A stretch of DNA of 62,568 nucleotides from Chloroflexota bacterium (GCA_016202435.1 JACQOR010000089.1:1-62568), one strand, 5' to 3'. Counted from the stretch's first letter, positions 17,305-27,779 are shown. Numbers and translations: made by a program. Notes: a model not told the origin generated them from the letters alone.

Positions 17305-19350
17305 ATGAAGGCCTATTCTCCCGAGGCGATCCGCAATGTCGGCCTCTTCGGTCACGGCAGCGCCGGCAAGACCAGTCTGGCCGAGGCCATTCTGTTCCAT
17401 TCTGGCGCCATAGGCCGCCTCGGGAAGGTCGATGACGGCTCCACCACGACAGACCACGACCCCGATGAGATCCGCCACAAGATGACCATTTCGCTCGACC
17501 TGGCACCCGTGGAGTGGAACAACACCAAGATCAACCTCCTGGATGTTCCGGGGTACTCCGATTTCTTCGGCGAGGTCATCCAAGCGATGGGCGTCGTCGA
17601 GTGTGCGCTTCTAGTGCTGGAGAGTGTGGGCGGTGTCCAGGTAGGAACAGTGGCAGCATGGAACCGCGCGGTAGCCGACGGGGTCCCACGTATGGTCTTC
17701 GTCAACAAGATGGAGCGAGAAAACGCAGACTACAGCCGCGTCTTGAATCAGCTTCGCGAAAAATGGGGCACCGGCGTCGTGCCAGTCACGATCCCGATCG
17801 GCGCTGAGTCCCGTTTCAAGGGCATCGTCGATCTTCTCAGTGGACAAGCAATCCTTGACGAAAAGGCGCCGCCAAGCGCTCTCCCGGACGAGATCACCGC
17901 CGACGCGGCTCGCTATCGGGAAATGCTGATCGAGTCGGTCGCTGAGCTCGACGACGACCTTTTGACCAAGTATCTGGATGGTGAAGAAATCACCTCTGAA
18001 CAACTGGTCGCAACCCTCCGTCAGGGTGTGGCCGAAGGCAAGCTGGTCCCGACCCTAGCAGGTTCGGCCCTGCAGTGCCGGGGAATCACGAGCCTTCTGG
18101 ACGCCATAGTGAATCTGGCCCCGCCGGCCTCAGCCGCTCAGGTGAATGTGGAAGAGGGCAGCCTCGACGGGTCCACCGCCGCCCTTGTGTTCAAGACTGT
18201 GTCCGACCCATTCCTCGGCCGTGAGAGTTTTCTGCGGTCGTTTGCCGGCGAGATCAAATCCGACAGCCATCTTTGGAATCCCCGGCAGCGAAAAGAAGAG
18301 AGAATCGGTCAGCTCTCCTACCTGCGGGGCAAACAGCCGGAGCCAACGCCGGCCATTGGGCCGGGCGATATCGGAGTCGTGGCCAAACTAGCGGGAACCT
18401 TCACGGGAGACACGCTCACCGTCCGGGACAAACCGGTGATCTTGGAGACCCTTGCGTTCCCTGAACCCCTCTTCAGCGTGGCGATCGAGCCCAAGACCAA
18501 GAACGACGTTGAGAAGCTCAGTCCGGCACTGACCCGCATGGTGGAGGAGGATCCGACCCTTTCTGTGCACCACGAAAGTGCCACCGGCGAGACGATCCTG
18601 TCCGGCCTCGGCGAGTCTCACGTCGAAATCGCGTGCGAGCGGATGCAGCGAAAGTTCGGCGTCGCCGTCACCCACTCGACCCCTCGGGTTGCCTACCGCG
18701 AGACCGTTCACGGCTCTGCCAAGGCCGAGGGTCGCTATGTCCGCCAAACTGGTGGCCATGGTCAATACGGCGTCTGCTCCGTTGAAGTCGAGCCACTCCC
18801 GCGCGGCGCCGGCTACGAATTCGTCGACCGCATTGTGGGTGGTGTCGTGTCCCAGGGGTACCGGCCCGCAGTAGACAAAGGCATCAGAGAAGCCATGGAA
18901 GAAGGCATCCTGGCCGGTTACCCAATGGTGGACGTACGGGCCATCCTCTATGACGGCAAGGAGCATCCGGTCGACTCTTCTGAAATGGCGTTCAAGATTG
19001 CTGGTTCAATGGCGTTCAAGAAGGCCGCGACCGACGCTGGCGTCGAGCTCCTAGAGCCCATCGCTGAAGTAGAGATCCTCGTACCCGACACGTTCACGGG
19101 CGATGTCATGGGCGACCTTAATGGGAGGCGGGCCCATGTCCACGGAATGAATCCAGGGGGTGCCCTCACCACGATCACCGCTGAGGTACCCCAGGCTGAG
19201 CTCTTGCGCTACGCGACGGAGCTCCGCGCTATGACCCAGGGACAGGGCACCTTCAGAGCCCGGGTCTCCCACTACCAACCCGTACCTGCGCACCTCGCAG
19301 AGCGGCTGATCCAGAGGCTGAAAGCAGAACACGAGGCCCACCAGAAATAG
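17305..19350 (+). CDS. fusA: Elongation factor G, EF-G2-like paralog
   Basis: GHGSAGKTS, DVPGYSDF, NKME, QTGGHGQY, HPVDSSEMAF; divergent switch I; not in the str operon. Confidence 0.9.
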   Translation: MKAYSPEAIRNVGLFGHGSAGKTSLAEAILFHSGAIGRLGKVDDGSTTTDHDPDEIRHKMTISLDLAPVEWNNTKINLLDVPGYSDFFGEVIQAMGVVECALLVLESVGGVQVGTVAAWNRAVADGVPRMVFVNKMERENADYSRVLNQLREKWGTGVVPVTIPIGAESRFKGIVDLLSGQAILDEKAPPSALPDEITADAARYREMLIESVAELDDDLLTKYLDGEEITSEQLVATLRQGVAEGKLVPTLAGSALQCRGITSLLDAIVNLAPPASAAQVNVEEGSLDGSTAALVFKTVSDPFLGRESFLRSFAGEIKSDSHLWNPRQRKEERIGQLSYLRGKQPEPTPAIGPGDIGVVAKLAGTFTGDTLTVRDKPVILETLAFPEPLFSVAIEPKTKNDVEKLSPALTRMVEEDPTLSVHHESATGETILSGLGESHVEIACERMQRKFGVAVTHSTPRVAYRETVHGSAKAEGRYVRQTGGHGQYGVCSVEVEPLPRGAGYEFVDRIVGGVVSQGYRPAVDKGIREAMEEGILAGYPMVDVRAILYDGKEHPVDSSEMAFKIAGSMAFKKAATDAGVELLEPIAEVEILVPDTFTGDVMGDLNGRRAHVHGMNPGGALTTITAEVPQAELLRYATELRAMTQGQGTFRARVSHYQPVPAHLAERLIQRLKAEHEAHQK

Positions 19351-19409
19351 GTGCGCAGCCTAGTAGCGGGGCCCTTCCGCGTTGTTCTCAACTCTTCCTG
19401 GAGTCGCTT

Positions 19410-19643
19410 TCAGTAGGCTTGTCCACCGCCGCCACAACTGCAAGCGCCCCCACAAGCACACCCGCCGCCCAGGCTCATCGGCTCACCGCCATCGGTGCGA
19501 CCCATCGCCGAGAAAACCGAGAGTAGACGCATCGCTCCCTCATGTCCGGACGGGCAGATGGCGGGCTCATTGGACAAACTCATTGGACGCAGGCGTTCGA
19601 ACTTTGTTTCACAGGTCGGGCAGTAGTACTCGTACAGCGGCAT
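19410..19643 (-). CDS. FmdB-family zinc-ribbon protein
   Basis: MPLYEYYCPTC...CPSGH and a Cys/Gly tail. Confidence 0.85.
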   Translation of the reverse strand: MPLYEYYCPTCETKFERLRPMSLSNEPAICPSGHEGAMRLLSVFSAMGRTDGGEPMSLGGGCACGGACSCGGGGQAY

Positions 19644-19740
19644 ATCCCTCTCCTAGTAAATGCGATCATATGGCGCGAACGAATTCGCATCAATGCCGGT
19701 GAGTGATTTCACACCTCCGCCGGACTCTGTCATGCGGCCG

Positions 19741-20646
19741 CTATCGTTTGCCAGCGAGCTTTTTGGCCGTCTCCACATCCCGCTCGATCTCGGCCCGCAG
19801 CGCCTCCACTGACTCAAAGCGCGTCACCGGACGCAGGCGCTGGACAAAGCGTACCTCGATTACGGCGCCATAGAGCTCCGCCTGGAAGTCCAGGATATAC
19901 GTTTCCAGCAGCGGCTCGTCCTCGCCGAAAGTCGGCCGCGGACCCAAACTGGATACTCCGGCAAGAGATTGGCCACCTAGGCCCACCTCAACAAAATAAA
20001 TGCCGTCCGAAGGCAGGACCCGCCCAGAGGGAGGAATCAGGTTTGCTGTCGGAAAACCGAGTTCACGGCCTCTCCGGGCGCCACGAACGACTTCACCTCG
20101 GATAGCGTAATGCCTACCCAGCAACTGTCCGGCTCGCTGAACGTCGCCTTCCCGCAGCAACTCCCGGACCCAAGTGCTGCTTACCGGTCTACCGCCCTCC
20201 ATCAGCGGCTGCACACTATGCACATCGAAACCCAGGGCAGCACCGATGTCTTTGAGAGCATCAATGGTGCCGGCACGACCTTGCCCCAGTGCAAAATCCG
20301 TGCCGGCCCACAGCGCCTTCAGCCCATACTCGCTCCGAGCCCAGGACAGGAACTCATGCGCTGAGCGGCTAGCCACCTCACGAGTGAAAGGCAGAACGTC
20401 AACTCGGCTCACGCCAATTGACTTCAGCAAATCCAATCGCTCTGAGACGGACGTCAGCGCCAATGGGCTGCGCTCCGGATGTAGGACCTCGTCCGGATCC
20501 GGATCAAAGGTCAAGCAGACAGAAGTCAGACCGCCCCGAACCGATGCCGCTACCATCCGCCCGATCAGGTCCCGATGGCCTCGGTGCACCCCGTCGAAGA
20601 CCCCGATGGCGAGATTCACTCCCCTGCCGGCTGCCCCGCGAATCAC
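19741..20646 (-). CDS. ribF: Riboflavin kinase/FAD synthetase
   Basis: GVFDGVHRGH, VSSTWVR, GFPTAN, ETYILDF. Confidence 0.95.
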   Translation of the reverse strand: MIRGAAGRGVNLAIGVFDGVHRGHRDLIGRMVAASVRGGLTSVCLTFDPDPDEVLHPERSPLALTSVSERLDLLKSIGVSRVDVLPFTREVASRSAHEFLSWARSEYGLKALWAGTDFALGQGRAGTIDALKDIGAALGFDVHSVQPLMEGGRPVSSTWVRELLREGDVQRAGQLLGRHYAIRGEVVRGARRGRELGFPTANLIPPSGRVLPSDGIYFVEVGLGGQSLAGVSSLGPRPTFGEDEPLLETYILDFQAELYGAVIEVRFVQRLRPVTRFESVEALRAEIERDVETAKKLAGKR

Positions 20647-21539
20647 CCGCGCCCACCCAACACCACTGTGGGCTGCAGTCTGGCCCCATTTCGATCCGCC
20701 GCACCAAGCATCTCACCTTGCCGCGAATACACGCGCACCTGGACGGCTCCCGGAGTTGTGACAGACGCCTCCCATCCTCTCCCGTGCAAGAAATCTCGTT
20801 CTCGCTCTGGGGATACCACCACTGCATCACAGCCCAGCAGTGGCAGGTCCACGGGCCACACAACTTGCTCCCAGGCTCCCGCCGCCGCAACCTGGTCCAG
20901 TTGATCGTATGTGAGGGCATCTTCGATCCGAAAGAGACCGACCTGTAGGCGCACCAGTGCCGACAGATACGCTGGGCAACCCAGGTGTTCGCCGAGGTCT
21001 CTCGCCAGGGAGCGGACATACGTTCCGGATCCACACTCGACGCGGACAGAGAGGACCGGGGGAGCCCAAGACACAACTTTGAGATCATCCACTCGAACCC
21101 GACGCTCCCCCGCCAGCCGTGCTTTCCCTCGACGAGCCAGCGCATACGAACGGGTGCCGCCCAATCGCACCGCCGAATAGGCTGGAGGGCGCTGAGCTAT
21201 TTCACCGAAGAAGTGCGGGAGAGCGTCTTCGATCATGGGCAGATCGATTGCGCTCGGGTCGCCCAGAATTGTTACCCGGCCTTGAGCGTCGTCGGTGTCA
21301 GTCCCCATTCCAAACGTTACGTCTGCCCAGTAGGCCTTCTGGCTCCAACCGGGTGACATGGCGAAGCGCGTAGCCCCACCCACGGCAAGAGGAAGCACCC
21401 CCACTGCAGCGGGATCAAGGGTCCCTGCGTGGCCAACTCGTTTTTGCCCGGTCAGCCGACGGATCCGGCTCACCACTCCGTGTGATGTCTCCCCCGGAGC
21501 CTTGAAGACGTTCAGGTACCCGTTGAACTCGTGAGTCAC
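20643..21539 (-). CDS. truB: tRNA pseudouridine(55) synthase
   Basis: GHAGTLDP, PPAYSAV, CGSGTYVRSLARDLG. Confidence 0.96.
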   Translation of the reverse strand: MTHEFNGYLNVFKAPGETSHGVVSRIRRLTGQKRVGHAGTLDPAAVGVLPLAVGGATRFAMSPGWSQKAYWADVTFGMGTDTDDAQGRVTILGDPSAIDLPMIEDALPHFFGEIAQRPPAYSAVRLGGTRSYALARRGKARLAGERRVRVDDLKVVSWAPPVLSVRVECGSGTYVRSLARDLGEHLGCPAYLSALVRLQVGLFRIEDALTYDQLDQVAAAGAWEQVVWPVDLPLLGCDAVVVSPERERDFLHGRGWEASVTTPGAVQVRVYSRQGEMLGAADRNGARLQPTVVLGGRG

Positions 21540-21559
21540 CCAACGTCCTCCGCCGGGAG

Positions 21560-22597
21560 CTACCCCCGTCGCAACCCAGCCCGCACTTCTTCGCGCGCAA
21601 CCGGAATCATGACTTGCATTGCCCCCTGAGGGTCGGCGCCGATCGTGCAGCCTGACGCCCTCTGATGGCCACCGCCGCCAAAAACGCTGCAGATCCTCGT
21701 GGCGTCGACGCCCGGGACCGTCCGCACACTGACCTTGGTCTCGTCGCCCTGCTGCTTGAAGACGATGGCTGCCTTTGACTCCCGGGACGAAAGGAGGAAG
21801 TCGACAAGGCCCTCGGCCTCCTCAATCGTCGCGCCGGCTTCTTCGAGCATCTCGTCCGTCACACACGCCCAGACCACTCCGTCCTGGGCGCCCATCCGAT
21901 CCAGGGCCGCGCCCCAAAGGCGATGGCCTGACAGAGCACGAGAGCCGAATACAAGCCTTTGAACAGGATAGATTGGCGCTCCTGCCTGCCACAGACGGTG
22001 GGCCAACAGTAGGCTCCGAGGAGACGTGCTCTCGGTCCGGAAACATTGCGTGTCAGCAACCAACGCCGTCATGAGACAGGTCGCGGACTCCTCATCCACC
22101 CGCATGCTGCTCGCATCGAGGATGTCGCACAGCACCTCAGCCGTTGCAGCCGCGAGTGGGTCCACGAAATTGAATCTGCCAAAGGCCTGGTTTGTGTAGT
22201 GGTGATCAATGTTGATGATCACCGAGTCGGCCAGCAACTTTCGATGTGCGTCGTAGAACGCGCCCATCCGCGTCGCCACCGGGGTATCCATGACAATCAG
22301 CACGTCGCCCGGCGACATGATGGGGCGAAGCTGCTGCCGCCGGGCGGTCCGACTTGGGAAGGCGACGATTTTTTCGTTCCCTGGCAGTCCCGATGCAAAG
22401 GACGGGACCCGCCCCACGCAAATCGGCGTCGCATCCCAGCCTTCCCTCTGAAGAATTCGGGTGAGACCTAGCACACAGCCCAGTCCATCCGGATCCGGAT
22501 CAACGTGCGCGGTGAGGAACACGCGCTTGGCCCCGGCTAGTGCCCCCTGAAGCCGGGTCGAGGGCCGATAGCAGTAATCCCCGCGTTCCTCACGCAC
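21560..22597 (-). CDS. nrnA: DHH/DHHA1 phosphoesterase (NrnA-like)
   Basis: HVDPDPDG, IDHH, DTQCF, GGGGHQRASG. Confidence 0.88.
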   Translation of the reverse strand: MREERGDYCYRPSTRLQGALAGAKRVFLTAHVDPDPDGLGCVLGLTRILQREGWDATPICVGRVPSFASGLPGNEKIVAFPSRTARRQQLRPIMSPGDVLIVMDTPVATRMGAFYDAHRKLLADSVIINIDHHYTNQAFGRFNFVDPLAAATAEVLCDILDASSMRVDEESATCLMTALVADTQCFRTESTSPRSLLLAHRLWQAGAPIYPVQRLVFGSRALSGHRLWGAALDRMGAQDGVVWACVTDEMLEEAGATIEEAEGLVDFLLSSRESKAAIVFKQQGDETKVSVRTVPGVDATRICSVFGGGGHQRASGCTIGADPQGAMQVMIPVAREEVRAGLRRG

Positions 22598-22937
22598 CCT
22601 CGATTTCCCTCAGCAGCACATTGATACGCGCTCCCTCCGCGATGGACCGGTCCAAACGGAAGTCGATATCTGGGGTATGCCGGAGGTCAAGCCTCGCTGC
22701 GAGTTCGCGACGGAAAAAAGATGCGGCGCGCCGCATCTGTTTGAGCGCTTCTTCTGCTTCGCTCTCCTCACCGAAGACGCTGATAAACACCTTGCACTGA
22801 CTCAGATCAGGCGCCGTTTCGACGCTGGTGACACTGATCAGGCCGTGAAGCCGGTCATCCCGGATTTGGTGCATGAGGAGATGGGCAATCTCGTCCCGAA
22901 TCAGTTCGTTGAGTCGCTGTATGCGTCGCGTTGGCAT
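22590..22937 (-). CDS. rbfA: Ribosome-binding factor A
   Basis: 'RRIQRLNELIRDEI', 'LRHTPDIDFRLD.S'. Confidence 0.95.
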   Translation of the reverse strand: MPTRRIQRLNELIRDEIAHLLMHQIRDDRLHGLISVTSVETAPDLSQCKVFISVFGEESEAEEALKQMRRAASFFRRELAARLDLRHTPDIDFRLDRSIAEGARINVLLREIEGA

Positions 22938-24839
22938 TCACGCAGGCCCAACGGGACTCACGAGCTCCCGACTCAGGGTTTCTATGACATCGCCTTCTTC
23001 GAAGCCAGCGAACCCATCAATACCGATGCCGCATTCATAGCCGGTCTGGACCTCGCGAACGTCATCCTTGAAGCGTTTGAGACTCGAAATGCGTCCCGCG
23101 AAGATGCTCTGCCCCTTGCGAACGACCCGTGCCTCGGAGTTCCGGATGACGGATCCGGTCGTCACATAGCAACCCGCAGCCTGGTTGCGTCCCACCTTGA
23201 ATACCTGGCGGACCTCGGCTTGCCCATCGATCACCTCTCGGTACTCCGGGGCCAACAGGCCGCGCATCAGGCGCTCCAGGTCATCTATCAGGTGGTAGAT
23301 GACTCCATACAGGCGAATGTCGACCCCCTGGCTGTCAGCTGCGCGCCGTGCACCCGGCTCTACACGCACATTGAAGGCGACGATGCGGCCTTCCGCTGCC
23401 GCGGCCAGCATGACATCCGACTCGGTCACATTACCCGTGTCCGCCCGAACGATCTTCGTGCGGACCTCCTCCTGAATTTGGGACTGGCTGGAAAGATTCT
23501 GGATCGACGCCAGCACCGCCTCAAGGGACCCCCGCACATCCGCTTTGAGGATGAGATTCAGATCTGTCGTCGGGGCAGGGACGCCTCCCACAAGATCGCT
23601 CGTTTGCGCGGGCCGTGCCCCCACGGCCCGCGATTCCACGATTCGCCGAGCGCCTTGCGCCACGAGGCGGGCGGTCCGCTCATCCGCAAAGGTCTGGAAA
23701 CGATCCCCAGCCTCAGGGACCTCGTCCAGTCCCAGAAGCTCCACCGGAGTGGCTGGCTCCGCCGCCGGAATTCGCCTGCCTTTGTCGTTGAACAGCGCTT
23801 TAATGCGACCGGAGGCCACACCCGCAGCCACGACATCACCCACGTGAAGCGTCCCGTTCTGGACCAGAACGGTCGCCACAGGACCGCGCGCTTTGTCCAG
23901 CCTTGCCTCAATCACGGCACCAGTTGCAGCGCGATTCGGATTCGCCCGCGGATTTCCCATCTCGGCAACCACTAGGATCATGTCCAGCAGCGTATCGAGA
24001 CCCTCGCCGGTTCGCGCAGATACCGGCACACATACCGTATCGCCGCCGAACTCCTCGATCACCAGACCGATGTCCACGAGCTGCTGCTTCACTCGATCGA
24101 GATTCAGGCCCGGCCGATCGATCTTGTTGAGCGCTACCACGATCGGAACGCCCGCTGCCTTCGCATGGTCAGCCGCCTCACGCGTCGTCGCCATGACACC
24201 ATCATCCGCCGCCACGACGAGGATCGCGACGTCTGTGACACTGGCACCCCTTGCACGCATGGCGGTGAAGGCTTCGTGGCCCGGAGTGTCTAGAAACGTA
24301 ATCTTCTGATCGTGCACCTCGACCTGGTAGGCTCCGATGTGCTGCGTGATGCCGCCGGCCTCGCCCGAGACCACGTTGGTTCGGCGAATGGCATCCAGCA
24401 GGCTCGTCTTTCCATGGTCCACGTGGCCCATGACGGTGACTACGGCAGGACGCGGGACGAGGGTCTCATCGGTTCCTTCCTCGGCCCCGGGCTCCGCGAG
24501 GCTAGCAAGATCCATCTCCCTCGCCTCGAATCCCAAATCCCCCGCTACGATTGCCGCGGTGTCGAAGTCGATGGTCTGATTGATGCTGGCTATCACGCCG
24601 TTTTGTAGGAGGTCCCGAATGACACTCGCCGGGCTTACGTTCAGCCGCTCTGCCAGCTCTTTGACCGTCAGAGCAGGGGGAATCGTGACCGGACCGACCG
24701 CAATCGCGGTAACCGGGCTCCGATCACGAACCTCCACCGATGGGCCCTCGCGCACGTCTATGGACGACCTCGCGGCGGCCGGCCCTTTCGCGGGCGCCCG
24801 GTTCGCGCGGCTAGGTCTGTTGGGTGGCCGATTTCTCAC
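22938..24839 (-). CDS. infB: Translation initiation factor IF-2 (short N-terminus)
   Basis: GHVDHGKTSLL, GEAGGITQHIG, DTPGHEAF, NKID, LKRFKDDV. Confidence 0.97.
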   Translation of the reverse strand: MRNRPPNRPSRANRAPAKGPAAARSSIDVREGPSVEVRDRSPVTAIAVGPVTIPPALTVKELAERLNVSPASVIRDLLQNGVIASINQTIDFDTAAIVAGDLGFEAREMDLASLAEPGAEEGTDETLVPRPAVVTVMGHVDHGKTSLLDAIRRTNVVSGEAGGITQHIGAYQVEVHDQKITFLDTPGHEAFTAMRARGASVTDVAILVVAADDGVMATTREAADHAKAAGVPIVVALNKIDRPGLNLDRVKQQLVDIGLVIEEFGGDTVCVPVSARTGEGLDTLLDMILVVAEMGNPRANPNRAATGAVIEARLDKARGPVATVLVQNGTLHVGDVVAAGVASGRIKALFNDKGRRIPAAEPATPVELLGLDEVPEAGDRFQTFADERTARLVAQGARRIVESRAVGARPAQTSDLVGGVPAPTTDLNLILKADVRGSLEAVLASIQNLSSQSQIQEEVRTKIVRADTGNVTESDVMLAAAAEGRIVAFNVRVEPGARRAADSQGVDIRLYGVIYHLIDDLERLMRGLLAPEYREVIDGQAEVRQVFKVGRNQAAGCYVTTGSVIRNSEARVVRKGQSIFAGRISSLKRFKDDVREVQTGYECGIGIDGFAGFEEGDVIETLSRELVSPVGPA

Positions 24840-24901
24840 CTTTCAACTCCAGGTGGCCCGATCCGGCCCCTACTCTCCGGGAGTGGCCGGCCTCAGACCG
24901 A

Positions 24902-25180
24902 TCAGACGGTGGACGCGAGCTGTTCCCAAGCCCGGTCGAGCCCAGCCCGGTCGGCCGGTGCAATGCTGATTTTCAGCGCGCGGGCGAGTGAACCAGTTTG
25001 CAGCGCCTGCTCCCAACACTCTGTTTTGGGACAGAGATAGGTCCCCCGTCCGTTAATCTTCCCCGTCTGATCGATCGCAACTGTGCCGCTGAAGTCGCGC
25101 ACGACGCGCACCATCTCACGTTTGGGGCGCACTTCCCTGCAACCCGCGCAGGTGCGGATCGGGATATGGCGCGGTCTCAT
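24902..25180 (-). CDS. ylxR: YlxR/RnpM RNA-binding protein
   Basis: RTCAGC, GRGTYLC, CW; canonical position between nusA and infB. Confidence 0.9.
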   Translation of the reverse strand: MRPRHIPIRTCAGCREVRPKREMVRVVRDFSGTVAIDQTGKINGRGTYLCPKTECWEQALQTGSLARALKISIAPADRAGLDRAWEQLASTV

Positions 25181-26511
25181 TCCTGCTCCAGCCCCGCCGG
25201 CACCGTCCCGTCGAGATCAGTATCTTCCCCCGCTCCGGGGACATTCGCGGGAAGCCCTCCCGCTGCCCCCCCTTGGGCCTCGGACGGTCCGGAGTGGCCC
25301 GGTGCTTTCACTGTCTTAGGCGCCACGCGCGCCTCATCAGTTGATCCGGAGGAGTGATGAGTCCCATCCTCGGCAGCCAACTCACCTGATTCTCCAGCCG
25401 AGCCCTGAGCTTCCACTCCCTCGCGACGACCCGCCGCCGCCTGCGCTACAGTCGCGGGGTCACCGGTCCAAATGCCAGCGTTTGCAGCCACTACGTCTGA
25501 CTTTATGTCTATTCTCCAGCCAGTCAGACGGGCTGCGAGCCGCGCATTCTGTCCCTCACGCCCAATCGCGAGTGACAGCTGGCGCTCGGGGACTACCACA
25601 GTTGCGGTCTTTTCTTCCTCATCGATCGTCACCTGGAGCACTTGTGCCGGACTCAGCGCCGCCGCCACAAAAACTGCCGGGTCCTGGTCCCAGGGGATTA
25701 CGTCTATTTTCTCCCCGCTCAACTCGTTCACGATGTTCTGAATCCGAACGCCACGCATGCCGACGCACGAACCTACGGGGTCAATCCCTTCCTGACGTGC
25801 GGCTACGGCGACCTTCGACCGCGCGCCCGGTTCTCTTGCGATACCCTTGATCTCCACACTGCCGCTGAAGATTTCTGGCACCTCCTGCTCGAGGAGCCGC
25901 TTGACCATTAGCTTGTGGGCCCGCGAAACCAGGAGCTGCGGTCCCTTGTGCGTCTCAACCACGTCCACGAGATAGACCCGGAGCCGCTGCCCAGCGTAGT
26001 AGCGCTCGGTAGGCAGTTGCTCCGGTGGGGGCATGACGGCTTCCGTTTTTCCCAACTCCAGCACTACCGTACGCTGCTCGATGCGCTGTACCAGCGCGTG
26101 CATCATCTCGCCAGTTCGCTCGGCGAACTCGTCGTACACCCGTTTGCGCTCGGCCTCGCGCAATTTTTGTGCGATGTGTTGTTTGACGCCCTGCGCGGCG
26201 ATCCGTCCCAGCGCGCCGGGCGGCATTTCTTGCCACACGGTTCCGCCCACAACGGCGTCTGCGTCGATCGCCCGCGCGGCATCGAGGCTGATTTCATCCG
26301 CGCCCACAGGGGCGTCGACCACGACCTTCCCCACACGTACCCTGGCTTCCCCGGTTCCGGGATCAATGTGCGCCTCGACTTCCGTCGTCTCGCCTGCATT
26401 TCGCTTGTATGCCGCCACTAGCGCGCTTTCGAGCGCCTCCACGACCACGTCCGCGGACACGCCACGCTCGGTCGAAAGCAGTTTTATGGCCGCCAAGAAC
26501 TCAGCTTTCAT
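25177..26511 (-). CDS. nusA: Transcription termination factor NusA
   Basis: S1 and KH domains; AREPGARSK, GSCVG.RG, AIGREGQNARLA. Confidence 0.97.
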   Translation of the reverse strand: MKAEFLAAIKLLSTERGVSADVVVEALESALVAAYKRNAGETTEVEAHIDPGTGEARVRVGKVVVDAPVGADEISLDAARAIDADAVVGGTVWQEMPPGALGRIAAQGVKQHIAQKLREAERKRVYDEFAERTGEMMHALVQRIEQRTVVLELGKTEAVMPPPEQLPTERYYAGQRLRVYLVDVVETHKGPQLLVSRAHKLMVKRLLEQEVPEIFSGSVEIKGIAREPGARSKVAVAARQEGIDPVGSCVGMRGVRIQNIVNELSGEKIDVIPWDQDPAVFVAAALSPAQVLQVTIDEEEKTATVVVPERQLSLAIGREGQNARLAARLTGWRIDIKSDVVAANAGIWTGDPATVAQAAAGRREGVEAQGSAGESGELAAEDGTHHSSGSTDEARVAPKTVKAPGHSGPSEAQGGAAGGLPANVPGAGEDTDLDGTVPAGLEQE

Positions 26512-26545
26512 CTCAGCAATCCGCGCCTACGTCACACTTCCAATG

Positions 26546-26575
26546 CAATAAAAAAGTGGGGGTTCATTCCCACTT
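26546..26575 (-). terminator. Intrinsic terminator/attenuator in the nusA 5' leader
   Basis: AAGTGGG-8 nt-CCCACTT followed by TTTTATTG, located between the promoter and the nusA start. Confidence 0.7.
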
Positions 26576-26600
26576 CCAAGTGCGCAGTTCAATTCTCCCG

Positions 26601-26609
26601 ATTATACCA
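26601..26609 (-). promoter_or_regulatory. Extended -10 promoter of the nusA operon
   Basis: TGG-TATAAT on the minus strand. Confidence 0.65.
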
Positions 26610-26707
26610 GCCCTTCTTCCTGCGGTCCCAGCCGGAGCGCAGTAGGGAGTCCGCCAGACGAACGCCGCAGATGGCCCCTGGGCCGCTGCGCAGCCCCTAC
26701 CTCCGTT

Positions 26708-27778
26708 CTATCTGGCTCCCCAATCTATGCCCGGCAGCGGCTCCACCACGTCGTAGAAAGAGATCACAACCATGAGCGAGATCAGCAGCACAAGGCCCGC
26801 CGCATGGATTACTCCCTCCCGTTCCGGAGAGATTCGCCGGCCCCGTATCGCCTCGACCAGCACGAAGAAGAGCCGGCCGCCGTCCAAGGCAGGAAGCGGC
26901 AGTAAATTGGCCACCGCCAACCCAGCGCTAAACACTCCAGCAAGCATGAGCACCGGAAAGAGCCACCCAGTTTGGACAACGGCCACGGCTGCGTCACCGG
27001 CGAGTTGGGTCATGCCCGGCAGGCCGATCGGTCGTACCATGTCCAAAGGCAGCTCGCCCCGAATCGCCATGGCAGGCGCAGCCAGAGTGAGGCCGACGAT
27101 CTGCAACGCCTGGCTGACGCCGAACGCTAAGGAACTCAGTGGGTCATGCTGCGAGGGGAGGGCTCGGGCCTCCAAGCGGACACCGAGCGGTCCCTGACCT
27201 TCAGGCGGGTCAGCTCGAGGCGTAAGCGTCAAGCTTCGCTCGCCGCCGCCGTCACGCTGGACAACGAGTTGGATTGGCTGCCCCGGACGGCTCTGAGTGC
27301 GCTGGCGGATGTCCTCCGGTCTTCGAACCGGCACCCCATCGACTTCTCGGACGACATCGCCAACTGCAATCCCGCTACTTGCGGCCGGAGAGCCAGCCGC
27401 GATTTCGGCTACGCGGATCTCCAGATTCGACCGATCTGGCCAGCCGGTTCCGTAGGCCAGCGCAAAAGCACCAATAGCGAGCAAGAAGTTCACGCCAGAG
27501 CCCGCGGCGAGCACCAACGCCCGCGCCTTCTTGGACTGCCCGGCAAAGCTACCCCGAGCCGATGGGTCTTCCTCCCCCAGCAAGCGGACGTAGGCGCCAA
27601 ATGGGATCAAGTTCAGAGAGTACCGGACCCCCCTCCGGACCGTGCTCCATAACCGAGGGGGGAAACCTAAGGCGAACTCCTCCACGACAATGCCAACCAT
27701 GCGCGCCATCGCGAAATGACCCAACTCGTGGGCAATGATCAGCACGCCAAGGATCGGAATGATCGCTAGGCGTTCCAC
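26708..27778 (-). CDS. rseP: RIP metalloprotease RseP (M50, PDZ)
   Basis: HELGH, PDZ segment, NLLPLPALDGGR. Confidence 0.93.
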   Translation of the reverse strand: MERLAIIPILGVLIIAHELGHFAMARMVGIVVEEFALGFPPRLWSTVRRGVRYSLNLIPFGAYVRLLGEEDPSARGSFAGQSKKARALVLAAGSGVNFLLAIGAFALAYGTGWPDRSNLEIRVAEIAAGSPAASSGIAVGDVVREVDGVPVRRPEDIRQRTQSRPGQPIQLVVQRDGGGERSLTLTPRADPPEGQGPLGVRLEARALPSQHDPLSSLAFGVSQALQIVGLTLAAPAMAIRGELPLDMVRPIGLPGMTQLAGDAAVAVVQTGWLFPVLMLAGVFSAGLAVANLLPLPALDGGRLFFVLVEAIRGRRISPEREGVIHAAGLVLLISLMVVISFYDVVEPLPGIDWGAR

Positions 27779-27779
27779 C

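Noticed and set aside
19410-19480. Cys/Gly tail of the FmdB protein as a RiPP precursor
   Set aside because: Such tails are common in this family, and no modifying enzymes are nearby.
22677-23975. 432-aa plus-strand ORF
   Set aside because: Antisense shadow of infB/rbfA with no recognisable motifs.
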